Assembly (NCBI RefSeq): GCF_009914755.1
Contig: NC_060936.1
From: the human T2T-CHM13v2.0 reference genome, Homo sapiens
DNA: 64,000 bases
Direction: 5' to 3' (one strand)
A model generated the notes under the pieces. The model ran no database searches and was not told the origin of the DNA. It saw nothing but the letters and a program-made list of their open reading frames with translations. Made by a program: the position numbers and the translations under genes. Numbering within the stretch: the first letter of the stretch is position 1; the number at the start of each line of letters is the position of its first letter. Shown here piece by piece: positions 13,927-27,969 of the stretch.

Positions 13927-14200
13927 CGTCAGTGTGTCTTGACCAAGCGCCTCTTGCTGCTTCCACGTCCGGGCAGCAGCAGCAGCAGTCGCGAAAGGGT
14001 AGGGTCCAGGTGGCTGTGACGGAGGCCGAAGAGGAGCTGTTGGCAGAGAAGCAGCTTCTTGCCTAGGTTGGGACCCGGAGCTGGGTTTTGGGGGTCGCCG
14101 CCCTGCAGGCTGGCAAGGAGAGACTCGTGAGCGCCTGTGTGTCTGCCAGGGAAACAGCACGGGATACAGGCGCGCGGGTGCGGGTGCGCGTGTACATGCG
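13927..14200 (-). other. SLC6A15: Non-coding first exon (5' UTR) of SLC6A15; TSS approximate
   Basis: Minus strand reads ...CTGCTGCTGCTGCCCGGACGTGGAAGCAGCAAGAGGCGCTTGGTCAAGACACACTGACG|GTAATG (GT at 13926-13925) inside a CpG island. This matches my recollection of the SLC6A15 mRNA 5' UTR. The absence of any coding exon in the 13.9 kb downstream fits a long intron 1. Gene identity is from memory and not searched. Confidence 0.72.
13974..13988. repeat. (CAG)5; reads (CUG)5 in the 5' UTR
   Basis: cagcagcagcagcag. Confidence 0.85.
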
Positions 14201-14236
14201 TATGTGTGTGTGCGCGCGCGCGTGTGTGTATGTGTG
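14184..14236. repeat. Alternating purine-pyrimidine tract (Z-DNA prone)
   Basis: 53 bp of uninterrupted RY alternation including a (GC)n core. Confidence 0.85.
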
Positions 14237-14903
14237 AGGGTGTGACGGAGGCGCCCACGTGCTCGGCCCGCCCGTGTTACGGCCGCCTACCGGCTGCAGA
14301 GGAGAAGGGTAGGCTGTGGGCGGCGGCGGGGCGCGGAGGGGTAGCCAGGAGCGCAGGCTGGGCTCCGCACCTCCCTGCCCCAAAACCCATTGATGCAGCG
14401 GCCACTGCGGCTGCCGAGCGGCGTCTTCCCAGAGCCCGGGGCTGTGCCCGCCCGATGCAGGATGCAACTGAGGAAGCCCGCTCCAAAGCAAAACAAAACA
14501 AATTCCTCCAGCCATGCCGTCTTTCTCCAACCCACTCAAGCGAAAGAATGGACACCAGTTACCAGCCGCTGACTTTTGTCTCAGTGAGAATAATAATAGG
14601 CATGGTGCTACCTGGCACCATCTGAATATTCTCCAAGAGTCAGTAATGGGACTAGAAAAAATGGGTGACCCAAAGAACCCTTTTCCCTACCTATTCCCCC
14701 AAGCCGGCCATTTACATCTCTTGCGAAAGAAAAAGCCTCTGGGCATTGGCTTCTCCGTCAGGCGGTGGCCTCATAGCGCTCAGTGATTCTCGCCAGGTTA
14801 TGAAAGGCCGTTTTAGAAAGCTGGCCCTCACCCACCCTGTGTTGGTGCCTCAGCAGCAGACTTTTTTCCAAGGGGTCTCATTACAAGATGAAGCCTGACT
14901 TAC

Positions 14904-15030
14904 CTCTGCTAACAATCAAGGCATGCTCGTAATTAAGCCACGTGGAGAATTCCTAAAATATACACCTCTGAACACAAAGCTTAGCCTCCTTTTGAAAATG
15001 GCTGAACCGTCCCCTAAACAGTGCGTATGC
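14904..15030 (-). other. Candidate alternative upstream non-coding first exon (5' end uncertain)
   Basis: Consensus donor GAG|GTAAGT on the minus strand (+ strand ACTTAC at 14898-14903), about 0.7 kb upstream of the main exon; E-box at 14939-14944. Confidence 0.4.
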
Positions 15031-18000
15031 TCTAAGGATGAAATTTTCCGTCCTTGAAACGTTCAAAATTTGAAAGAAATACAAAATGAACCTAGAAGCT
15101 AGGTAGAAAGGTTCAGTAATTTAGCAAAGTTAATTTTTCACTTCCAGATTATTAATATTACTCTTAAAAACTACTTTTGTGCACTTTTAGGCCTTTTAAC
15201 AATCCCTTAGATTTTTACGGTTCGTATCCAATTAAGATTGAATTAAATTAAAAAGGCCATTGCAAACAGGTTTTTCATGCAGTGAAAAATCTCTTGGAAA
15301 GAAATCACAAGACCTAAATTTCAGGTCAGAACATTGCTACTAATCCTTAGCTTTTAAAACAGCCAAGAGAGTTTTTTCTCAGCCTCTCTTCCAATCCCAA
15401 CTTTGAAAAATTAAAAGTTAAGAAATTAAATTAGATTTGATTCCCTGATACGCCTCCCCTGCCATGAGTAAATAAATGCTCTTTGATAGATGCGCCACGT
15501 GAAAAAATAAAAACAGTCAAAATAAACCTTTTATAGGACTTTTTTTGCTTTTTACTTCACATTTTGGTGACAGGCAAATATTTAATGTTGATATATAAAG
15601 AAACTGAAATGCAGTACCAACATTATCAATAACAACTGAGAAAATTTTAGGAAAATAAGGAGAGCTGTGTCCACCATGATCAGGATTAGGATTATCTGTG
15701 GGAAACAAAGTTATCCATATGCTGGCAGAAATCGTTTACGGTAGTACCAAGAAGTACGAAAATTATTTCTCTCCCACGCTTTTTCACTAGTGTCTGATAC
15801 CTAATTCCAATACATATGCATAGGTCACAAAATATTTGTAGAGCGATGCCCTCCATAATGACTGATACTAATTTATGTCTCAATGCCAATGAAGAGAAGT
15901 AGGAGAAAGCAACTATTGTTTTAAGCTTCCCACTAAGTACCTGGGGCTTAATAATATCTTATTTAATCCTCTCAACTAATTAATGAGGTGATTTTTCCTA
16001 ATTTAGAGATTAGAGAGAGGTGATACTCAAAAAAAATTGCAAAAAGTCAGAAAACTTGTTCAATGACAGAATGGAGAAATAAATTCAGATATGCTGGCCT
16101 CAAACTTCATGTGCTTTTATACTATCCTGTAACCCTTTAACAAATTATCTATTTTAACAGGAGGAAAGGGTGGAATCTCAACACAAGTGGTAGGCAACTT
16201 TGAAAACAATAAATAGATGAAGAATGGAGAGACCTCAAAAGGAGAGTCTGGGAACCCTAGCCAAAGGTAAAATGTATTCATTTTTAAAATTTAACAACAA
16301 TGAGTCTTCAAAGATTTAAAATTCAATTGCTAATATCTTTTAGGCTAATGATTACAGAGTTCTTTCTCTGTCACCATAGGGCAAAATGGCCAACATGGGA
16401 TTGGTGTGGGAGGAAGAGGCAGCACACAGAAAGGAAAAAAACAGAACTTGGAAGAATTAACTACAAGTTAAGGGAGACTAGTGCTTCCAGCCACACTGTA
16501 TTTAATAATATTAACAAGGATTGATTAATGTTAACTATGTGTCTTTGCAATGTACAGAATAATTTCTATATTTTATGAATATATACTTCTTAATTCTTAC
16601 ACCAAGCCTGTGATGTAGGTCTAGTTTTTACAAAACATTGCCAGAAAAGAAACTGAAGCTTTGATTGTCCAAGGTCATACCGTCAAAAGGCATCTGTTAG
16701 ATATTGTAAAAATAAAAACCTGCCCTATCTAAATCACTTTCTGAAATTGATACCTACTTTTAAGCAATTAATATTACACTTATTATTTTTAAAATTTGAT
16801 AAAAGATCACATGAAGGAAAAGAGTATTCTCTTTGACTAGAGGAGAGAAGGAATCTGACTCACCAAGCCTTTCTACCTTATTTCTTAAACCAAATCCTTT
16901 AGAATAACAATATTATGTAAAAACTTCCAAAGATGTAGCACTAGAGTTCAGAAAAATAATTCAAACATTTACTAAAAGATGATTTTAAAACTACAATACT
17001 AAAGAAAAACATTGAAATCAATTCACATCCTAAGATTACATTAATTCATTTGCTTATATTGCTATATGGGCAGTAGAGTATATTGTGAGGATTTTTTTTT
17101 TGCATTTTAATAAAACTTTTTATTCTAACGTCCTCCATGCCAAATGTCATTTGATATATGGTCTCCAAATTTTTATGAAAACAAAGTCTGCACAAGCCCA
17201 AAATATCCACTGAATATTCTGTTCTATTCATACTACTGATGAAGAACTGAGAGGTAGATGCAAGGAAAGTAGGTTCTCTGATTTCTCAGTGGGTAGAGGA
17301 TGGGTTAACTGAATTGGCAAATGTCAAAGTAATCAAATCAATTTTTTAACTAATTGACTAAGATAGTAAAGCAATCAAGACAATGTAGGAAATGATTGAA
17401 TTTTACTGTTTCTGCACTTTGAAGATAAAGCCTAAATGGCCCTGGCGAGTAAAAATACCAACACAAGCTGTCATTTTTTTGACAGAGAAATGCACCCCCT
17501 ACCTCTGTAAACTGATTATAACCACTAAGTTTTTAAGTTGCCCTTTTATTATAATGTTTAATATAATAGCAAACTATGTCTCTAAAACATTTTATGTTGT
17601 CAGGTACTATGCTCAGCATTAGTCTATATAGCTACTTAAATATCCGAAACCAAAATATTTAATGGTATTTGTTTCGTATAAAGTATATGAGGTGCCTTTT
17701 ATTTGCTGCACAATCTCATTGGTATATACAGATTCTATAGGCTCCATGATTTTTATACGTACTTCTAAAATATAATTTGAATACAAAAGTGATACTTGCT
17801 CATTGAATACATTTCAATCTATGAACTTGTACATGGTGAAAAGACCCCTGTGTTTATGTTCCCCTGACTTTGAGGAGGGTCCCAGGAAAGAGGGTAGAGT
17901 TAGATTTTAAATAGAGTGGTCAGGGTAGGTCTCATTGAGATTTTACTGGTGCAAGGACACGAAGGATTTGCAGGAGTTAGCCTTGTAGATATAAGGAGAT

Positions 18001-18159
18001 AGGAGTAAGTTCCAGGTAGAGGTCAGTGAAAAGGGTCTTTTCAGTCAGTTTAAAAAGATTGTAGGATCAGTGAATAGACCCTAAAAAAAGAATTTAACTG
18101 ATATGTTTGAGGAAGAGAAAGAAGACCCAGATATTGCAAATATGTCTTACTCCGTAGAG

Positions 18160-20030
<1,871 letters not shown>

Positions 20031-20033
20031 TAG

Positions 20034-20369
<336 letters not shown>

Positions 20370-20394
20370 TAAAAAAAAATGTGGGATGTTGGTT

Positions 20395-20520
20395 TGTTTT
20401 CTTTCTTTTTCTTTTTCCTCCTCCTCCTCCTCTTCCTCCTTCTTTGTCTTCCCCTTCCCTTCCTTCTCCATCTACTTCTCCTTCTTCTCCTTCTCCTTAT
20501 TCTCCTTCTTCTCCTTCTTT
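20395..20520. repeat. CT-rich low-complexity polypyrimidine tract
   Basis: (CCT/CTT)n. Confidence 0.9.
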
Positions 20521-21229
20521 GACTTCTATACCTCCCAGGGAAGACTTTGGCTATGTTGGGTCACTTTCCTACACCTGAGCCAACCAAGGTGGCTTCAGAA
20601 ATGAAGTTCGTTTTTCCATATGATCAGAGTGGCATAAACTTCTCCCAATGAAAGAAAGCACTATTAACAGAAAAACAGCAAAAGGGAAAAAAAATTTTAA
20701 ACACTCAAAAACATGAACAAATAAAATATCTCCTACACTTCATGTATGAAAATACATTCTACAGGGAGTATAGCTACCTTGGATACTAGGAACTGAAGAG
20801 TTTGAGTCATTGAGAAAAAGTTTGATGGTCTAGCATATAATTAAATGGTGATGTTTGGGCCTGGCTTTCTCAGCTGTTGGTGGAATCGTGAGTCATGAGA
20901 ACTCAAATGAATGAAGAGCATCATCCCTGAGTAATGGTGAACTCTGGCCACCCCCCAGTGTTATTTCTGTATCTCATCCTTCCCCCCTCCCCACCACAAG
21001 CAATATAATAGGGGTGGACTAGTCTAATAATTTGGTCACTAGTCTAATAATTTGGAAGTTGGCTTTAGACCTAGAGAATTTGGAATTCTCTAGGTGTACA
21101 GGGATTTGGCATGCGTAATTTTATGCGGGTAGTAAATATTTACTCCCCCACCTCCCAAATCTGAATTTGACATATGCTAGAACCTCAGTAGGTAAATGCC
21201 CTTGGATTATCAGACCACATTCAGCGGTA

Positions 21230-22057
21230 CAGTAGTCTCCCTTTATCCTGGGAGAATATGTTCTAAGACTTTCCATGGATGCTTGAAATCACGAACAGTA
21301 CCAAACTGGATTGCCAAACAGTTGGAACATGTTTCTTTTAAGGTCTTTTATCCACAAATTTGATGCCTTTTCCATCTTATCTAAGCACTTATTATGCACT
21401 GTGGCTGTAACTTTTGCAGTTTGAAGTGCTATGGCAAAACCAGCACAAGTCTATTTTTTTTCACAATGACACAGATAGAAGAATTATTCTTAATGTAAAT
21501 CTTAGCAACCTCAGCATACGATTGTTTCTTCTTTTCGTATTGAGAGCTTTCATATTTTTATTTTTATTTTTTAATTACTGAGACAGAATCTCATTCTGTT
21601 GCCCAGGCTGGAGTGCCTTGGTTCAATTATAGCTCACTGTAGCCTCAAACTCCTGGGCTCAAGCAATTATTCTGCCTCCGTCTCCTGAATAGCTAGCTGG
21701 GACTACAGGCCTGCATCACTACTCACAGCCTCACATTTTACTTAAAGAAAGCACTTTACTCCTTTCCTCTGGCATATCCAAATTGCTAGCGTCACTACTC
21801 TTGCACTTTGGGGCCATTATGAAGTCAAATAAGGGTGAATTGAACACAAGCATTGCCATCTCATGATATTCTATCTGATAACCAAGGCTGATACTAAGTG
21901 ACTAATGGGCAGGTAGTGTCTACAGCATGAAGAATCTGGACAAAGGAATGATTCATGTCCTAGGCAGGATGGTGTGGTACAGAACAAGATTTCATCACAC
22001 TACTCAGAAGGGAGTGCAATTTAAAACTGATAAAACTGTGGGTAAGGGGAGCCACTG
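21230..22057. mobile_element. MER44 (Tigger7-derived) DNA transposon, interrupted by an Alu monomer
   Basis: TIRs CAGTAGTCTCCCTTTATCC / GGTAAGGGGGAGCCACTG with TA flanks. Confidence 0.82.
21555..21730 (-). mobile_element. Old Alu monomer fragment (FLAM/FRAM/AluJ-like) inside MER44
   Basis: T-rich tail, then GAGACAGAATCTCATTCTGTTGCCCAGGCTGG; TSD-like TCA(T/C)ATTTT. Confidence 0.75.
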
Positions 22058-23982
22058 TAGCTGCAACTCTTATTTCTATAAATTAACTTAATTTCTAACT
22101 CTGAACTCACATACAATTTATCTGCAAAGAAAAAAAAAAGTATACCTCATTCATTCTTAGGGCCTCCTTGCAATCTCCAAGCATCCTCTGTGCCCCCACC
22201 TCACTCCTATATTTTTATATCAAGGATTTTGGGACTTCCTATAGGTCCCAGGCAAAAGAGTTGGTATCATCTGATTATTGGGTTATGTATCTGCAGAGAT
22301 AATCACTAAGATGTCCACTGTCTTTGCTCATATTATTCCTTCAGGTTCTATGGGGTACCACTCTTCCCATTCCAAGTTTGGGACACAAGACTCTGCTAAG
22401 GCAGAGTCTAAGTCTATGCTTAGAATTCCCCCCAACCTACAGTTAAACCTTGCTGATTCCCTGTTGCCTCTTTAGCTTAACAGATGCTAATACTAAGCCA
22501 GAAGCTATTAGGGTTTATTAATTGCAAGGCAGTTTGCTTGCTATCAAATAAATACCCATGTATACTTCTTCACAGACCCACATATGCTACCATGTGGCCC
22601 TCCCTACTCAACCTCAGTATATCTTTACTGAAAAACACATGCCAAAGAACAACACCCAGAGAGCTGGAAACACTGGAAAAGATTTCGTGATGCCCCCAAC
22701 TTTACTTTATAGGGAAGGTACGTAAGTAAAATCTCATTATAACATCCTCCACAGGGAATTGTCCAATAATTACAATGACAACATTGTAAATTAATAAAAT
22801 GGTTATGTTAGTCTCTGTTGCATGAGGAACACAAAAATAAACAAAGGCAAAGTTACTCACTGTTAGAGAATAAGAAATAAAGGAGGGAAGCTTGTCGTAG
22901 TGAAAAAGGGGCTATGTCATTCATGGGCTTCAAAGTAAGGGGCAGAAGCGGTTTAAATCAAGATCAAATATCTACATTTGGGTTTCAAATATTGCATTTG
23001 TAGCTCCTATAGCTTGAGTTTAGTCCCCCAACTAATACTTCGGTGACATTTCTTAGACTCAGTTTTACCACTGCTATGTAGTCTCTTTCCTAACACTAGA
23101 GAGATTGTCAGAATCTCATTTACTACTGGCAGGAAAGCCTTTTAATGTAAGCAGATTCTGGAACCACTTTCAGACTCCTTTCCTTAAAGTCACTTCCCGT
23201 AGAACCATTCTTGTATGAACATTTTTATTAGTCCTGGTTTGGTCAGCAAAGCAGAGCCACCATAAATGTTACAGGAATAAGATATTTAACATAGGAAATA
23301 GGACTTCAAAAATTTGGCAGGAATTAATGTAGGAGAGTAAAATTCTAGAATGCTACAGCCAGAGAATCAAATATTTACCAACAACTTTAGTTTCAAGCAA
23401 TGTAGCAAGCTGGTTGTATGACCTCCTGAAAATTGTGGCTTCTATTTCTGTCTTCCAAAATACATGCCAATGTATCTTATTGTCAAGCCCTAAAAACCTA
23501 CAGGGAAGATGATTCTTTGAAATGCACTGCCCACTACACTAGAAGAAAGTAACGGTAGCAAGAAATTGACAACAGCCAATCCAGTAAAGTATTTCCATCT
23601 ATAACAGAAATTTTTTTCTCATGAGTGTGTGTTTGTGTGTGTGTGTGTGTTATTTTTGTTAGATGTTGTTATTATGGCAATGCTGATTTTTACAAAATGA
23701 ATTGGAGATATTTTTTGTTTTACCAAATTGTCGAATAGCATGGATGTATCTTCCTGGAAGTATCTCTTCTTTGCAAGATTGAAATAAATTAGCTTGTAAA
23801 GCCATCTGGCCTGGTAGTCTTTGGGAGGTAATTCTTTCACATTTTCTCCAAGATCTTCTAAAAAAAATCTGCCTATTTAGTTTTTTCTTCTTTCTCCACA
23901 GCCATTTTGGAAATCTTTTCAGAAATCATTACTTCAAGAATATTATTTTATATTGAAAAAAATCAATTTTTCCTGTAAGCTT

Positions 23983-24265
23983 GTGTTTAGGTTAGTTCAG
24001 GTTGCTGTAACAAATTACCATAGACTAGGTGGCTTAAATAACAAACATTTATTTCTCACAGTTCTGGAGGTTGGGAGTTCAAAAGCAAGATGCTGGCAGG
24101 TCTACTGTCTGGTGAGGGACTGCTTCCTGGTTTGCAGATAGCTGACTTTTTGCTGTGTCCTCATATGGCAGAGAGCAAAGACAAGAAAAACGAACTCAAG
24201 AATCCCTTTTATAAGGACACTAATCCCATTCACGAGGTATCCACCCTTATGATCTAATTACCTAA
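23983..24265 (-). mobile_element. MLT1A/MLT1A0-like MaLR LTR
   Basis: GTTGCTGTAACAAATTACCATAGACTAGGTGGCTTAAATAACAAACATTTATTTCTCACAGTTCTGGAGG. Confidence 0.8.
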
Positions 24266-25013
24266 CTATGGATCAGTCCATGGCAGCTTGTCTCAGACAG
24301 CCTTACTGCACCACTATTTACCAAAAAATCTGAGTTCCTTACAACACAACACACATTTATTACTCACTCACATTACATTCCTGCAACTGTAGTTTGCTCA
24401 ACTCTACTCAGCTCTGCTCCACTTTGCCCCATGTGTCTTCTCATTCTGGAACTTTGCCTGAAGGAGCAAACTTTCTACAGGACACACTTATTCTCTTAGG
24501 GAATAAGCGGGAAGGGAGGAACAAGAGGAGAAATCAAACCACACAATTACAAATAGAGCTTCTGTTTAGATGTAGTATGTTTCACATTTTTCAGTTTTCA
24601 TCGTCCAAAGCAAGTAAAGTACATTTGTGGCTGCTCTTAATCTAGAGACATAGTATGGGGGGAAAGCCAAGTTGTCCAGCCTTCTACTCTTGCCACCAAA
24701 CCCCACAATATAAATCCAATACTTAATGGCAGAATGGGGACAAGATTAGCTATGATAAGCACTACCATTTAGAGTATTCATTGGTTCATAGCAATTCTTA
24801 AGTCTCACTGAGCTAACTTTGTTGAGTGTTCCTACCCTGATCAAGGAAATGTTACTTAGAAGTTATGGTTCTCCTCCCCAGAAGTAGCACACTTGTCTTT
24901 TGTTCTCCATGACTCCTGGGTTCCCACTTTCTTTCCATTATTATCTTTGGCCACATCTGAAATGGAGAGTTTTTGTGCCTAAAGTATCTCAGTCTCTCTA
25001 ACTAGACTGATGG

Positions 25014-25425
25014 TGTTAGGGCAACAGGAGCCTACGAGAGCCAGAGTAATGCCATTTTAAAATCAACTCCATTTTGAGACTAGCAAAGCACATTCCTTGC
25101 CAATCACAACCCATATTCACAGATGCTTACAGCAAAAGAAACAACCTAAGGATACCTGCAAGGACACACTCCTACAAGAGCAAAGTCCAGATCTCTCAAA
25201 ACCAATAACAATATATATTCTTCAGATAATAACAGTTATGATTGCATGTAGTCACAAACTAGACTGTCAAGGCTAGTTCTCTTTAAATAAATAGAGTAAT
25301 AAATTTGTCATAATGCCTGCTCTCCCACATGTGGACACAGCTTAGCTTAGTCTTTACATAGACAAGATCCCTATATGAGAAAAACTTAAAGCCAGGGCAT
25401 TCCTCCTCTTGTTTGCTTGCTTAAC
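25014..25425 (+). mobile_element. ERV1-class LTR (MER72/LTR47-like), 3'-truncated
   Basis: TGTTAGGGCAACAGGAGCCTACGAGAGCCAGAG...CCATTTTAAAATCAACTCCAT. Confidence 0.6.
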
Positions 25426-25435
25426 CTACTGTGCA

Positions 25436-25688
25436 CCCAGGCTGGAGTCCAGTGGCCGATCTTGGCTCACTGCAACCTTCACCTCTCGGGTTCAAGCGAT
25501 TCTTGTGCCTCAAGCCTCCTGAGTGGCTGGGGTTATAGGTATGCACCACCATGCCTGGCTATTTTTATTTTTATTTTTATTTTTATTTTTAGTAGAGACG
25601 GGGTTTCACCATGTTGGCCAGGCTGGTCTCAAACTCCTGGCCTCCAGTGATCCATTCAACTTGACCTCCCAAAGTACTGGGATTACAT
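25436..25688 (-). mobile_element. AluS fragment lacking its tail and 5' end
   Basis: CCCAGGCTGGAGTCCAGTGG...CCCAAAGTACTGGGATTACA. Confidence 0.85.
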
Positions 25689-27315
25689 TTTTACTTTTAC
25701 CAGTCAGAGAAGAGAACAACTTATATTTCCAAATCCTGCAAGTGTTGAAATTTCTAAACTGCTTTTCTCTTTCATCTCATTTTGAAAATGAGCTGATTCT
25801 TCCCTGAACTTAACTCTTTCTTGGAAGATATCTTATCAAGTGCAGCTAATACCAAAAAGCTCATTTAATAACATTCTGTTTAAAAACTCCTTTTCCCAGA
25901 GCCACAGGTTCATTAGATACAATTATGTGTTTTTTAAATATTGCAAGTGACATGTTTACCAAATATTTTACCATTGCATTATGTGTGTTGCCATTTTTCT
26001 CATCTCTAGTAACTGTTTACTATCTATCTACAACCTGATCACGAGCCAATATTACATGTGTCAGTTTCTTGTTGATATTTGCTTATTTGTTATGTGTTAT
26101 GTCAGGACCAACTTCTTGTATCAATTTCTCTGCTAATCCTCTTTATTGAATAACAAACATGCTTAATGTGGCTTATTCTGGAGCTCATGTAGCAGATGCC
26201 TATGTGTCCAGGCAAAGAGCAGAGGCAAGAATATAAGCAAAACCACATGGTCATATTCATAACTGCTAAGACATTCAGAATATTTTATTTTTGTGAAAGA
26301 CCCAACTCTTAAACTTATTTATATATTTTATCAATTTTCCTACTTTCAAATTTATTAAATTTGGCTTTAACTCTGTTATGTTCTTCTGCTTTTATTGATT
26401 TGGTTTGTTTTTCGATTTCTGACTCCTTAAATTAATGCTCAATTCATTTTCCTTTCTTCCCTCCCTTCTTTCTTACCTTTTTTTTTTCTTTGTTAATAAG
26501 GAAGTGATCTTGCCAGTCACAAAGTGATGATGTATTCAGCCTGTTTCCTAGAGTTGCTGACTCAGTGTCAGGAACTTTCCCCAGATGCCCGTTTATTTCA
26601 GCTTTCTCTGAAAGTTACTGTATGTTGTCTGTTGGCTTGTTGGCTTATTGGCTTATGGTTTGAAGTCCAGCTGCTTTCAAATTTATAGAGTTCCACTGCA
26701 GGAAAAAGAAAAGAGATAAATGGTATCTCTGCCTCATAGTTGATTAAAGATTTTACCCCTTGCTCTACAAATCAGAGTGCACTTAAGATGTTCTAAAAAG
26801 GCATATCTTTATTATTTAGAAGTGACACAACATTTTCAAGGAGAAAAATAATCCTCTTTATGTCTTCATTTGCTATATCTAGTTAAAATTCTTCACAGTT
26901 GTTTTTTAACATCTTTCTTTAGTGTTCACTTTATATTCAGAAATTTCTCCTTTAAAATTTCCTTTGATCATTGCAGTGAGGAGCCAAGGAGGACTTAATT
27001 GCCTGTGTTCGTCTTACTCAAAACTTTTCTTTTGAATCATAAACATATAATGCAATACAGATTTGAATAATATCTAAATACGCTGAAGTTGTAAGGAGGC
27101 AGAGTTTTTACTGGTGGAGAAGAGTGATACAAATAAGCAATGCTAGAAGTCAAAGAAGGCAAAAAATTTAAAGAAGAACCCCCTATTCTCTCAGCAAAAT
27201 TCCAGGTATCAGAATAAGTTCATTACTTAAAGGTATAATTTAAGCTTTAAATGATTAAAAAGAGATGGGAACATTCAAAAGGATACAGGAAATAGCTTGA
27301 AAGACTTCCAACCTG

Positions 27316-27332
27316 ATATATATATATATGTA

Positions 27333-27375
<43 letters not shown>
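27316..27375. repeat. (TA)n/(TG)n microsatellite
   Basis: Read directly from the sequence. Confidence 0.95.
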
Positions 27376-27969
27376 TTAAATTGTATATTTGAATGGAAAT
27401 TCAGTAGAATTTTATAAATTTTATACTTGTATATATAACATATACATTTAAAAATAAAATATATTTATAAATAATAATATATATCAATTTTAAAATAAAA
27501 TTCATGAAATTTTACTGAAAGTGTCTAAAGTCAAAGACACACCTACCAATGAGTATACCTAGCAGCCTGGTCTTGGCTTCCAGATGTTATTCTCAATTCA
27601 CAAGAATCAAAGTTTCTGAAGGGAATGGCTGCGTGAAGTTCTGGGACAGAGACAATACAAAATGAGCTTGCAAATATCTTGTGTCAAAAGTGATTAAAAC
27701 GGGATAGGGACATATCTAAAGGAAACAGAAGTAGCTTAGAAATTAATAATAACAGTGATGTGGTATAACTGAGTAAATAGAGTAAGTCCAGACCATGCTC
27801 ACAATAAATAAATCAATAATTATGGGGGGATAAAAAAGCTGCTTCTTACAGTAAAATGCCAACTAATAAATGTTGATGGAATGAAAGACTTAGAGAAACA
27901 ATCATTTTGCATCCAGGAGAGTAATCATAGATTAGAGTAACAATATGATTTCGAAAGCTAGTGGTTAAC

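Larger units (their letters stand above)
12780..14520. promoter_or_regulatory. CpG island / promoter region
   Basis: Sharp rise in GC and CpG density against a strongly CpG-depleted AT-rich background; contains GC boxes and E-boxes. Confidence 0.93.

Noticed and set aside
13974-13988. (CAG/CTG)5 as a repeat-expansion locus
   Set aside because: Too short to be unstable, and the sequence gives no evidence of expansion.
12563-14898. Many 70-160 aa ORFs on both strands in the CpG island
   Set aside because: Expected from high GC content. They overlap in all frames, resemble no known protein, and partly translate simple repeats.
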